Assembly (NCBI GenBank): GCA_001818235.1
Contig: MHJY01000010.1
Location: forward strand, 17,609-81,608
Length of the DNA: 64,000 nt
Direction: 5' to 3'
From: Candidatus Jacksonbacteria bacterium RIFOXYB2_FULL_44_15
Lineage (GTDB): Bacteria > Patescibacteriota > Patescibacteriia > UBA9629
Shown here one piece after another: positions 47,132 through 55,914 of the stretch. Made by a program: the position numbers and the translations under genes. Below the pieces are notes generated by a model. The model was not told the DNA's origin. It saw only the letters and a list, made by a program, of their open reading frames with translations, and did no database searches. The first letter of the stretch is position 1; each line of letters opens with the position of its first letter.

Positions 47132-49291
47132 ATGACAACCCAAACCATAACCGAAGAACAGCTTAATTTATACCAGTCGCTCTTTCGCGGCAGAACGGAT
47201 GTTTATGCCCGGTACTGGGAAAAAAACGGCCAGGCCAATTACAGCCCGGCTTACGACGTTAACTGGACGGCTTATAACAAATATAAATCAACCGGCGGAT
47301 CGTTTAAGGATTTTAAAGATAAAAAGCTAATTTTCTTAACGCCGGGCATTGTTAAAAAACATCTAATCGGTTCCCATGCCATTGGCATTTACCCCATACT
47401 GCAAGACAACACTTCGTATTTTATTGCGGCGGATTTTGACGGTAGCAATTGGCAACAGGATTGTAAAAATTCCATAGACGAGTGCCAAAAGGCTGGCCTG
47501 CATGCTTACCTTGAACGGTCCAGATCCGGCAACGGCGGCCACGTCTGGATGTTTTTTGAAACACCTTATCCTTGCTACAAAAGCAGACAGGTGGTTTTGG
47601 AAATAATCCGCCGGGCGTTAAAGTTATCGGAGTTCGACAAGGAGGTCAGTTTTGACCGTTTATTTCCAAACCAAGACAGTTTAGCCAAAGAAGGATTTGG
47701 AAACCTTATTGCCATTCCCATGCAAGGCCAAGCTACCAGGCTAAGCAATACGCTATTCTTAAATCCTGAAACTTTTCAGCCTTATTCCGATCAATGGGCT
47801 TTTTTGCAAACAATCCATAAGCATACAATTGCCGAGCTTGAATCAGCTTATGCAAATGTGCTTAATAAAACTGTCAGCTTCACGCCGGAAGTGCCAGGCA
47901 CTTCATCAATCAGTTTAATTTTAAACAGCAAAATCGTTTTAAATCGTTCCGAGCTAACCCCCCTGCTTATCCATTTCCTGAAAGAAAAGCTGAATTTTAT
48001 CAGCACCGAATATTTGACAAAGAAGCGACTGGGAAAGTCCGTTTACAAAGTCCAAAAGTTTTTTAAGCTACTTGAGGAAAACGGCGATGATGTTTTATTG
48101 CCACGGGGATTTTTAAGCCAGCTTATTTCTTTTTTGCGCAATAACGGGATTGCTTACCAACTTAAAGAACAGCGACCGCAAATATTGGAGGTAAAATTTA
48201 CCAGCAACATTAAACTTTTGCCCGCACAACAGCCAATAGTGGGAAAAGCCTTGGAAGTAGATAGCGGCGTTATAGTTGCTCCTTCCGGTAGCGGAAAGAC
48301 TATAATCGGACTGGAAATTATCGCCCAAAGAAAATTGCCGGCCTTAATCCTTGTCCACCGCAAACAGTTGCTTGACCAGTGGATTGAACGGACGCAGTCG
48401 TTTTTGGAAATCCCTAAAAAAGACATAGGACAATACTACTCGGTTAAGAAAAAGACCGGGGAGCAAATTACCGTAGCCATGATGCAGACATTGGTTCGGA
48501 TCGGCAATTTTGCTGAATTGCAAAATAAATTCGGTACGATCATCGTAGACGAATGCCACCATACTCCAGCCAAGACTTTCCGCGAGGTTATTGGCCAACT
48601 TAACCCCAAATACATTTACGGCCTTACCGCTACGCCCAAGCGCAAACATAATGACGAACCGTTGATTTACATGTTTATTGGCAACATCATCGCCCAAATG
48701 GAACATGCACCGGAAATAATAGCTGAAACCCCTGAGTTGTCTTACAAATCAGTTAAGACGCAAATCATTATCCGGGAAACCAATCTGGAAGTCCCTTTCA
48801 AATTTACGACCGATAACTTTCAGCTTTTGGCCAAACTTATCTGCTTTGACACTAATCGTAACCAGATGATCGTCAAAGACATTCAGGAGCAAACCAGTCA
48901 GGGCAAAAAAGTCTTGTTTCTTTCGGAACGCCGTGACCACTTGGAAATTTTAAGCCTTTACCTCAAAGGCTTGTGCGAAACCATTACCATATCCGGTGAG
49001 GACTCTAACGCCAAACGAGCAATTAAACTAAAGCAAGTCCAAACCGGCCATTACCAGGCCATTCTTTCCACCGGCCAGTTTTTCGGCGAAGGATTGGATA
49101 TCCCAGGTATTGATTGCCTAATTATCGCTTTCCCGTTTTCTTTTGAAGGCAAGCTTATCCAATACATCGGCCGCCTGCGTGGCAAAGACAACCAGAAAAT
49201 CATTATTGATTACGAGGACAAAAAAATCGCCTTTTTGGAAAGGCAATTTAAACGACGGAAAAGGTATTACAATAAAATCTCCAAGTCTTAA
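47132..49291 (+). CDS. TOTE-type archaeo-eukaryotic primase domain fused to an SF2 (ResIII/XPB-like) helicase
   Basis: LFRGRTDVYA, GIYP, AADFD, ERSRSGNGGHVW, DRLFPNQD, GNLIAIP; then APSGSGKT, DECHH, GLTATP, EGLD, QYIGR. Confidence 0.85.
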   Translation: MTTQTITEEQLNLYQSLFRGRTDVYARYWEKNGQANYSPAYDVNWTAYNKYKSTGGSFKDFKDKKLIFLTPGIVKKHLIGSHAIGIYPILQDNTSYFIAADFDGSNWQQDCKNSIDECQKAGLHAYLERSRSGNGGHVWMFFETPYPCYKSRQVVLEIIRRALKLSEFDKEVSFDRLFPNQDSLAKEGFGNLIAIPMQGQATRLSNTLFLNPETFQPYSDQWAFLQTIHKHTIAELESAYANVLNKTVSFTPEVPGTSSISLILNSKIVLNRSELTPLLIHFLKEKLNFISTEYLTKKRLGKSVYKVQKFFKLLEENGDDVLLPRGFLSQLISFLRNNGIAYQLKEQRPQILEVKFTSNIKLLPAQQPIVGKALEVDSGVIVAPSGSGKTIIGLEIIAQRKLPALILVHRKQLLDQWIERTQSFLEIPKKDIGQYYSVKKKTGEQITVAMMQTLVRIGNFAELQNKFGTIIVDECHHTPAKTFREVIGQLNPKYIYGLTATPKRKHNDEPLIYMFIGNIIAQMEHAPEIIAETPELSYKSVKTQIIIRETNLEVPFKFTTDNFQLLAKLICFDTNRNQMIVKDIQEQTSQGKKVLFLSERRDHLEILSLYLKGLCETITISGEDSNAKRAIKLKQVQTGHYQAILSTGQFFGEGLDIPGIDCLIIAFPFSFEGKLIQYIGRLRGKDNQKIIIDYEDKKIAFLERQFKRRKRYYNKISKS

Positions 49292-49292
49292 C

Positions 49293-49718
49293 TTATTCGT
49301 AATATTTGCTTAATTTTTCGCTACCGTCTGTTCGATACTTGCCCAGCTCCGTGTCTTCATCCGCCTTATAGGAAATTTTGCGGGTGATGCCAATCATCCT
49401 TAACTCCTCACGAATTCTTTTAACATCCAGCTCATCCTTCCAGTCATAAGTATAGACGCAAATAACTTTGATCTTTGAATTTGGAAAATCGGGGTTAATT
49501 TTTACGGTCGCCGCTTTGGCCATACCACCCAACCTGCCTTTTTCGGTTGCTATTTTAATTTTCGCCCAAATTTTATCAATACTATAAATATTGACAAAGA
49601 GTAGCCATTTGCCGCCGCTTGCCGTATGTTCGGGATACTCACCAATTTCCCTTTCAGCGAATACCCAATAATCATTGGTTATTTTCGAGGGCTGGTCTGT
49701 CAAGAATGAATAAGGCAT
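49293..49718 (-). CDS. DUF1917 (eIF4E-like fold) protein
   Basis: GKWLLF, W.KI..AT..G.LG..AK, VICVYT.D..D..DV, YKAD..T..G.Y. Confidence 0.75.
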   Translation of the reverse strand: MPYSFLTDQPSKITNDYWVFAEREIGEYPEHTASGGKWLLFVNIYSIDKIWAKIKIATEKGRLGGMAKAATVKINPDFPNSKIKVICVYTYDWKDELDVKRIREELRMIGITRKISYKADEDTELGKYRTDGSEKLSKYYE

Positions 49719-49787
49719 ATGTCCAATTTTTTTAATTCCCCAGCTAGCTAAATATTTTTCTATCTCTTGGCCATATAATTTCCAAGA

Positions 49788-50876
49788 CTATTTAACCGCG
49801 TAATTTTGCGCAGCGAATACATACTGGCCGATGAATATTCTTTTCAGGGGAATTATTGAATTCAATTCGTAAAACACCAGCATGGCTCCGCGGTATTCAT
49901 CTTCATCCACGCTACGGTACGAAAGCGGGGAAAGTGAATGCGAAATCAGCAAAGCGTTGGCCATAAGCCTGCTCGTTCTTTTGTTGCCGTCCTCAAACGG
50001 TTGGATATAGCCAATACCTAAAAGCGCGATCAGGGCTTTGGCGTAAGGAGTTGCCATTCGGGAGACCGCGGCCGAAAGAGCATCCACCGCTTCGGTAATT
50101 TGGTTAATGTTGTCCAAGGGCAAATATTTAGATCCTGTAACGCCAACCGGCTTTGCTCGCAAGCCCAAACCCACGCTTAAATCTTTAACCAAAATTGCGT
50201 GCAGTTCTTCCATATTTTTTCGAGTGAGGGTTGTAAACCGCGCGGAATTTTGGCGGATGTAGTTAAAAGCGTCCTTGTGGTTTAATATCATTTGCGTTTC
50301 TTTTTTACTGTGGCCGGGCGCTTCCTTGTTTTCGAGTATCAACTTTTCCGTATCGAGAAGAGTATAAGTATTGCCTTCTATTTTTGACGACTTCCAAGAC
50401 AGTTCAATAACCAGCCGTTCCAGTTCTTTTTTTTGGATTGATGCCGGCAAATCCGCGGTTCTTTTTTTATATTCCATAGTGGCGGCCTTCAATATTTTCA
50501 ATTCGTCATCCGCAAAAATATCCGGCGGCATTGCCGATAATAAATCATAATTATATCGGCTTAAACCGAATCGCTTATCAGGCTCCACGGAAACATATTG
50601 TTTGGCATTAATATCGAAAAAAATTCGGCCTTTAGGTATAATATGATAGCTCGTTGACCGTCCGGAGCCGAAAGTTTCCACAAGGCCTTCGCCGACCATT
50701 TGGGACAAAGCTCTTTTAACCGTAACCAAGGAAATTTTTTCTCCGATTTTTCCCATTTCGGCATAGACATCTGAGGACTGCATTTCTCCTTTTTCAAGGA
50801 AAATGCCAATGATTTTTTGATGTTTTTGTGATATTTTAATCATTTTCGTATCATTTAAGTACTTATATCGTATCAT
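49788..50876 (-). CDS. Fic-family protein with N-terminal HTH
   Basis: SWKSSKIEGN inhibitory motif; IQPFEDGNKRTSR Fic motif. Confidence 0.9.
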   Translation of the reverse strand: MIRYKYLNDTKMIKISQKHQKIIGIFLEKGEMQSSDVYAEMGKIGEKISLVTVKRALSQMVGEGLVETFGSGRSTSYHIIPKGRIFFDINAKQYVSVEPDKRFGLSRYNYDLLSAMPPDIFADDELKILKAATMEYKKRTADLPASIQKKELERLVIELSWKSSKIEGNTYTLLDTEKLILENKEAPGHSKKETQMILNHKDAFNYIRQNSARFTTLTRKNMEELHAILVKDLSVGLGLRAKPVGVTGSKYLPLDNINQITEAVDALSAAVSRMATPYAKALIALLGIGYIQPFEDGNKRTSRLMANALLISHSLSPLSYRSVDEDEYRGAMLVFYELNSIIPLKRIFIGQYVFAAQNYAVK

Positions 50877-50950
50877 AGTGATACGATTATGGCAAGTGCG
50901 GCACGGGTAAATTGGGAAAAACGTACTTTCTGAAGAACCAACGGCGCAAT

Positions 50951-51745
50951 TTATTTCATCAACTTTTTGACTTCCAGCTCACTTAGCTTCCTAAATTGAC
51001 CAGTCGGCACATCTATTTTGACCGTCCCAATGCGAATTCTGACTAATTTGATTACTTTCCAACCTAAAGCTCCAAATATTCGCCGAATTATCCTTTTTTT
51101 GCCTGAATGAAGCACTAAATTGAGTTGAATGGTATCTGTGGATAACTTGTTGATATTGTTGATTTGATCTACTTTGGCCGCACCATCATCTAATTTAACC
51201 CCTCGTAATAATTGATCTTTGACTTGTTGAACATCAATGGGAGACACAAATGTTCCACGCCTGTCCCGTACCCGAGCGCGCCGAGTGGTTTGGGGCGGAA
51301 CATTTCTTGAGGCTTCAACGTAATACTCTTTTTCAACCTCAAATTTGGGGTGGGTCAGCTTATAAGCGAAATCCCCATCATTAGTTAAAATAATCAGGCC
51401 TTCGGTATCCGCGTCCAATCTACCCACCGGATAAACTTTAGGTATCCTTGGTACCAGGTCAACTACTTTTTTCACGGCAAATCGATCAGACAACGTGCAA
51501 ACGTAGCCAGCTGGTTTATTTACTAGATAGTAAACCAAGGCATCTGGGTCATTTATCAAAATGTTCCACGTGGAACATTCCGCCGCTTTTATTTTAACTT
51601 CGTCCTGTTGCGGATCAATTTTCTGACCGATGAGAGCAATAGAATCATTAACCATCACCACTTTTTGCTTAATTAACTCCACTGCCTTACGTCTTGAAAA
51701 TTGCGTATTTTTAGCGATAAATTGTTGAAGATAAACTTGTTTCAT
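50951..51745 (-). CDS. RsuA/RluB-family pseudouridine synthase
   Basis: S4 domain SRRKA; NKPAGY, PVGRLDADTEGL, THPKF, KEY, GKKRIIRR. Confidence 0.92.
   Translation of the reverse strand: MKQVYLQQFIAKNTQFSRRKAVELIKQKVVMVNDSIALIGQKIDPQQDEVKIKAAECSTWNILINDPDALVYYLVNKPAGYVCTLSDRFAVKKVVDLVPRIPKVYPVGRLDADTEGLIILTNDGDFAYKLTHPKFEVEKEYYVEASRNVPPQTTRRARVRDRRGTFVSPIDVQQVKDQLLRGVKLDDGAAKVDQINNINKLSTDTIQLNLVLHSGKKRIIRRIFGALGWKVIKLVRIRIGTVKIDVPTGQFRKLSELEVKKLMK
51562..51577. promoter_or_regulatory. parS centromere-like site inside the pseudouridine synthase gene
   Basis: Perfect palindrome TGTTCCACGTGGAACA, fitting the known parS consensus. Confidence 0.75.
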
Positions 51746-51843
51746 GACTTATCAACAAGATGTCAACAAAAAATTAGGTGATTTTGTTGATATTCGGAAA
51801 TTAATGTGCTAGAATTGGATATTATGAAGTCCTGCGCGTTTGA

Positions 51844-51934
51844 TGTCATTACCGCGAAGGACGCTTAGCGTCCGAAAGCGGGAATCCAGTGTCTTACAAT
51901 CATTATCTAGATCCCCGCCTTCGCAGGGATGACA
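51844..51934. repeat. REP-like full element with an inserted hairpin
   Basis: TGTCATTACCGCGAAG...CTTCGCAGGGATGACA. Confidence 0.75.
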
Positions 51935-51993
51935 AACTTAGTTTATCCGGTATTTATTACGGGAATGGGCAAACGAAACATGGCAAATATTAA

Positions 51994-52070
51994 GGGCGTA
52001 TAGCTCAGCTGGTTAGAGCGCTGCGTTCACATCGCAGAGGTCTCTGGTTCGAGTCCAGATACGCCCACCA
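51994..52070 (+). tRNA. tRNA-Val (CAC)
   Basis: GGGCGTA/TACGCCC acceptor stem; anticodon loop TTCACAT; GGTTCGAGTCC; encoded CCA. Confidence 0.96.
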
Positions 52071-52129
52071 CGGTACGTCGCTCGAGAATGACGTATCACG
52101 TCGTTCGCGAACGACGAGGTGAACCAAAA

Positions 52130-52145
52130 TGTTCCACGTGGAACA
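52130..52145. promoter_or_regulatory. parS site
   Basis: TGTTCCACGTGGAACA, extended to AAAAT...ATTTT. Confidence 0.78.
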
Positions 52146-52149
52146 TTTT

Positions 52150-52575
52150 TTATATTTTACCTAAATAATGCGCCAATTCTTTAGTTGTTGTCAACTTACG
52201 CGCTTGTTTGAGGGTTAACCAGCAATATTCATCATGCTCCTTAGAAAGTGTAATCTGACCGCTTACATAGTGACATTGATATAGAATATTAACGTAATGA
52301 ATATGTGTATCTACCACACCTTGAGTAGAATAGATTACAAGCGGCTTAATTGGCTTAACAACTAAATCAGTCTCTTCTTTGACTTCTCGCTTTAAGGCCT
52401 CTTCTGGTTGCTCAAAAGCATCAATCCCGCCGCCAGGCAAATCCCAACACCCAGGTTCAAAACTTTCGTGATTCGACCGTTTAACCAGCAAAAATTTGCT
52501 TGGCTTAAACCAATTCGGTTGATAAATAAGACCTTTGATGACTGCTTTGGTGATGTATTGTGGCATGGGATTCAA
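52150..52575 (-). CDS. NUDIX hydrolase
   Basis: WDLPGGG..FEQPEEALKREVKEETDL Nudix box. Confidence 0.92.
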   Translation of the reverse strand: MNPMPQYITKAVIKGLIYQPNWFKPSKFLLVKRSNHESFEPGCWDLPGGGIDAFEQPEEALKREVKEETDLVVKPIKPLVIYSTQGVVDTHIHYVNILYQCHYVSGQITLSKEHDEYCWLTLKQARKLTTTKELAHYLGKI

Positions 52576-52634
52576 AAAAATGTGTCACACCGTAACCAAC
52601 AAGACGCTATGCCGGCATGAAACATTTTCCAGTA

Positions 52635-53414
52635 TCAAACTTCGCCAGTTTGCCAAAAAGTATAAAATATACTCTTTAACATGGCAACAATATATTGATC
52701 TTCGATTAATATTGCAAGTGCGGCTTTAGGCTGCCAAATAATAACTTTATTAGAAAATAACTGAAAAGACGTAAGAAACGGCGTCTTAACATGGAGAATC
52801 CTGGTTTCACGCATTTCTTGAGAATCAGTCGATTTTAACTCGTTGGAATCTTTACTGGGCAAAAGTAAAGCTTTAATCGTAACGCCTTTTCTAATTCGTT
52901 GTTTTATCCATCGTCGCTCCTCTGCCCAAGAAATAAAGCCGATAAAATCCTTAACCGAGCCAAAAAATTCAGAAACATCCTTAACCTCATCAATAATCTG
53001 GTAAAAAAGTTTTAAAAATTGATCTCTACCCTCAATGACTTTAATCGAAGTCGGCAACGATCCTTGTTTAAATAACCCTAACAATTGCGGCATATTCTGA
53101 GTAACGCCTTGATCCAATCGTTCCAATAATTCACGCTTTTTTCGTAACAGCTCCAACATTTTGCATGGTGACTCAACCATGAATGACCGACTAAAACGCC
53201 GGCGTTTAGAAAAGTGCGCCAACCCACGAGACTCCAAACCAGTAATCACTTTATAGACATTTGGACGAGACACGTTTAAATGCTGTGCAATCTTAGAAAC
53301 ACTCGCCGGCCCGATAGCCAAAGACAAAGTATATAGATTAATTTCGTGCCTGGTAAGCCCAAGCTCCTTGAGGGAATCGTAAACAATGTTTTTCACTTCT
53401 TTTTGGCTTTCCAT
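52635..53414 (-). CDS. TrmB-family transcriptional regulator
   Basis: LKELGLTRHEINLY, SRPNVYKVI, IKVIEG, LFSNKV, IEDQ. Confidence 0.85.
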   Translation of the reverse strand: MESQKEVKNIVYDSLKELGLTRHEINLYTLSLAIGPASVSKIAQHLNVSRPNVYKVITGLESRGLAHFSKRRRFSRSFMVESPCKMLELLRKKRELLERLDQGVTQNMPQLLGLFKQGSLPTSIKVIEGRDQFLKLFYQIIDEVKDVSEFFGSVKDFIGFISWAEERRWIKQRIRKGVTIKALLLPSKDSNELKSTDSQEMRETRILHVKTPFLTSFQLFSNKVIIWQPKAALAILIEDQYIVAMLKSIFYTFWQTGEV

Positions 53415-53442
53415 AAAGTAAATCTAAAATATTTGTATATTT

Positions 53443-53517
53443 ATTTTATACTACTTAACAAATAATGTCAATTTTTAAAGTAAATTACTTGACAATTGCG
53501 TATATTTAAGCTATAAT
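53443..53517. promoter_or_regulatory. Back-to-back divergent sigma70 promoters
   Basis: Minus strand TTGACA-17-TAAAAT; plus strand TTGACA-17-TATAAT (53489-53517). Confidence 0.75.
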
Positions 53518-53573
53518 TATTTTTAGATTACAATAATAACTCTTTGACAATTTTATATAGGAAGGTGATCCAG

Positions 53574-54779
53574 ATGACTACGCATTTAAAAATTGGACGA
53601 CTTGACGCCGATGAACTAGCTAAAAAACTCACAACGCCGCTTTATGTTTATGATGCAAGGCGGGTTGAAGAAAACTACCTAACAATTAATTCCGCGATTT
53701 TTTATGAGCCAAAGCAGATTCATTATGCGATCATGTGTAATAACAGGTTACAGATATTGAAAGTACTCTTAAATTTAGGAGCTGACATTCAAGTCAATTC
53801 TGTAAAAGAGTATCGCCTTGTAAAGTCAATCGGCTCCTCCAATGCGAAAATCAGCGTTACTACAACTAATATCAGCACTGACGATCTGTCGTTTTATGCG
53901 GAAAATCAAGCCCAGATAAATTTTGATTCTATAGAAGAGATTAGCTGTTATGGACAGTTAATCAAACAATCCAGCACTGTCATCAATCATACTATTGGAA
54001 TCAGAATATCTGTACCGATGGAAATAACTGACCAATCCGCGACCAATCAGCCACATCCGACAAAAGCAAGAGTGGGCATAAATAGCAAACAATTTGACCT
54101 CGTTAAAGAAGCAGCAAAAAAGTATAATCTAAAAATTAACGGAATCCATGGCTATATCGCATCTAATTTGATCGACCTAGTACCGTTTATCAAATTAGGC
54201 TCCTATTTAGTAGAGTGCGCCAAAAAATTTCCGGATTTAGAATATATTAACTTTGGCACTGGATTTGGAATAGATTTTGATTGGCTGGCTTATGGTCAAA
54301 TGGTAACGCCGTTAATGAGATCCATCTCCACTTTCTTTGGCCGCCCAATTCATCTTAAAATTGAACCTGGGCGTTCATTGGTCGGTGATGCCGGCATTTT
54401 GTTGACACGCGTCACCAATATCAAAGACATGGGCAATTGGACGCAAGTCGGTGTTGACGCCGGTTTTGGCGTTTTTGCCAGACCGTATATCTATGGTTGG
54501 CAAAAGGGACAAGGCGGCTACCATCCAGTGGTGGTCGCCAATAAGATTGACCAACCACCAAAAGGACTCTACACAATCTGCGGTAACTCGACCCTGCAGG
54601 GCGATTTTATCGCCGAAGATCGACTATTGCCGGAGATTGAAATTGGCGACTTAATTGCTATTCTGAATGCCGGTGCCTATGGCGCAGTGATGTTATCAGG
54701 TTTCCCAGGAATGAGACGTGCCGGTGAAGTCTTGATTTATGATGATACAATTGAGGTGATTAGTGAAACTGAACGCTAG
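53574..54779 (+). CDS. LysA/ODC-like (fold-type III PLP) decarboxylase homolog with altered active site
   Basis: TPLYVYD, IEPGRSLV, VDAG, GAYG; YAIMCN replaces YAxKAN; AGGTGA RBS before ATG 53574. Confidence 0.8.
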   Translation: MTTHLKIGRLDADELAKKLTTPLYVYDARRVEENYLTINSAIFYEPKQIHYAIMCNNRLQILKVLLNLGADIQVNSVKEYRLVKSIGSSNAKISVTTTNISTDDLSFYAENQAQINFDSIEEISCYGQLIKQSSTVINHTIGIRISVPMEITDQSATNQPHPTKARVGINSKQFDLVKEAAKKYNLKINGIHGYIASNLIDLVPFIKLGSYLVECAKKFPDLEYINFGTGFGIDFDWLAYGQMVTPLMRSISTFFGRPIHLKIEPGRSLVGDAGILLTRVTNIKDMGNWTQVGVDAGFGVFARPYIYGWQKGQGGYHPVVVANKIDQPPKGLYTICGNSTLQGDFIAEDRLLPEIEIGDLIAILNAGAYGAVMLSGFPGMRRAGEVLIYDDTIEVISETER

Positions 54780-54931
54780 TCACCTCAAATTAACCCCCTA
54801 GGAGACTGAATATCCTAGGGTTTGTTTTTTTATAGACTGAAACCTGGTTATATAAAATAACCAGGTTTTGACTAGACAAGTTGACCAAACTATTTACGTC
54901 ATCTTAAAGGCTAATTCTACTTCTTCATTCC

Positions 54932-55696
54932 TTAATATCTTTTTGCCTCGGCCCAGGCCAGTTCGTATATTTTCTTCATCGCGTCGGCAATTTCGGCGCT
55001 TTCGATGATAATTCCCAACTTTTCGCGCCAAGAGGCAATCATCACTTTATTATCATAAATATTGATTTCAGGGGAGAAATAGAATTTATCGGCCGGGATA
55101 AGCGCTACTTCGCGTTTTTCTTCTTCATTATATTTAACTCTTTCTATTGCGGTTTCTGTTTGCGGAATAATCCCACGAATCGCGATCCCTTTTTTAGCTC
55201 GACGGGCATAATACTTGGGAAAATAATCCGGCAAAGCCTTGTGCATATCATCAACTGTGGCATAAGCGCGAATCGCTTCGTGAGAAGTAAGTGTATCTTC
55301 GTAAACTTCTACTAATCCGGCCTTGCCTTCATAAAATTTAACTTTTGGCCGATCGGAAATATTGTGAATTGATTTTAAGCGCGGCACTAAGTTTGCCGAT
55401 TTTTTTAATTGCAACTCATACTGCGCGATCTTGTCTTTTAAAAAGGTGGTTATGATATCCGGCGATTGGGCGACGTATTCTTCTTTCGGCTCTTTCCCGG
55501 AAATGCTGACCAGCCCCTTGCTTACCAGAAGATCAAGGATGTTGTAACCGGTCGTGCGATTTATCCCAGCTGACCTGGCAATCACGCTCACTGTTCCTCT
55601 TCCAAGCTCTAATAAAGCTAGATATACCTTAGTTTCTTTATCGCTAAAGCCTAAATCTGAAAGGGCGGATTGTAAATTTGAGTCAATATTTATCAT
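54932..55696 (-). CDS. TrmB-family transcriptional regulator (leaderless)
   Basis: LSDLGFSDKETKVYLALLELG, NRTTGYNIL, PKVKFYEG, IYDNKV; TTGACA-17-TATAAT 6 nt before ATG 55696. Confidence 0.88.
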   Translation of the reverse strand: MINIDSNLQSALSDLGFSDKETKVYLALLELGRGTVSVIARSAGINRTTGYNILDLLVSKGLVSISGKEPKEEYVAQSPDIITTFLKDKIAQYELQLKKSANLVPRLKSIHNISDRPKVKFYEGKAGLVEVYEDTLTSHEAIRAYATVDDMHKALPDYFPKYYARRAKKGIAIRGIIPQTETAIERVKYNEEEKREVALIPADKFYFSPEINIYDNKVMIASWREKLGIIIESAEIADAMKKIYELAWAEAKRY

Positions 55697-55810
55697 AAAT
55701 TTATTATACATCTGTTCTTATTTTGTGTCAATAAGTTTAAACAAAACATTATACAAGCTATTTTATGGCTAGTTTATGGCTATTTTGGCTATACATAATG
55801 CCAATACGTA

Positions 55811-55839
55811 TTGACAATATTATGAAGATGTAGTATAAT
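55811..55839 (+). promoter_or_regulatory. Sigma70 promoter for the radical SAM gene
   Basis: TTGACA-17 nt-TATAAT. Confidence 0.75.
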
Positions 55840-55914
55840 GTGATAAGAAATAAAAAACGTGCTTTGTCAATTAAATAGTACTTTACTGCAATATAAAGAA
55901 AGGGGATTGATGTA

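Noticed and set aside
53574-54779. Naming this gene lysA
   Set aside because: Catalytic residues are altered and no other DAP pathway genes are present in the window
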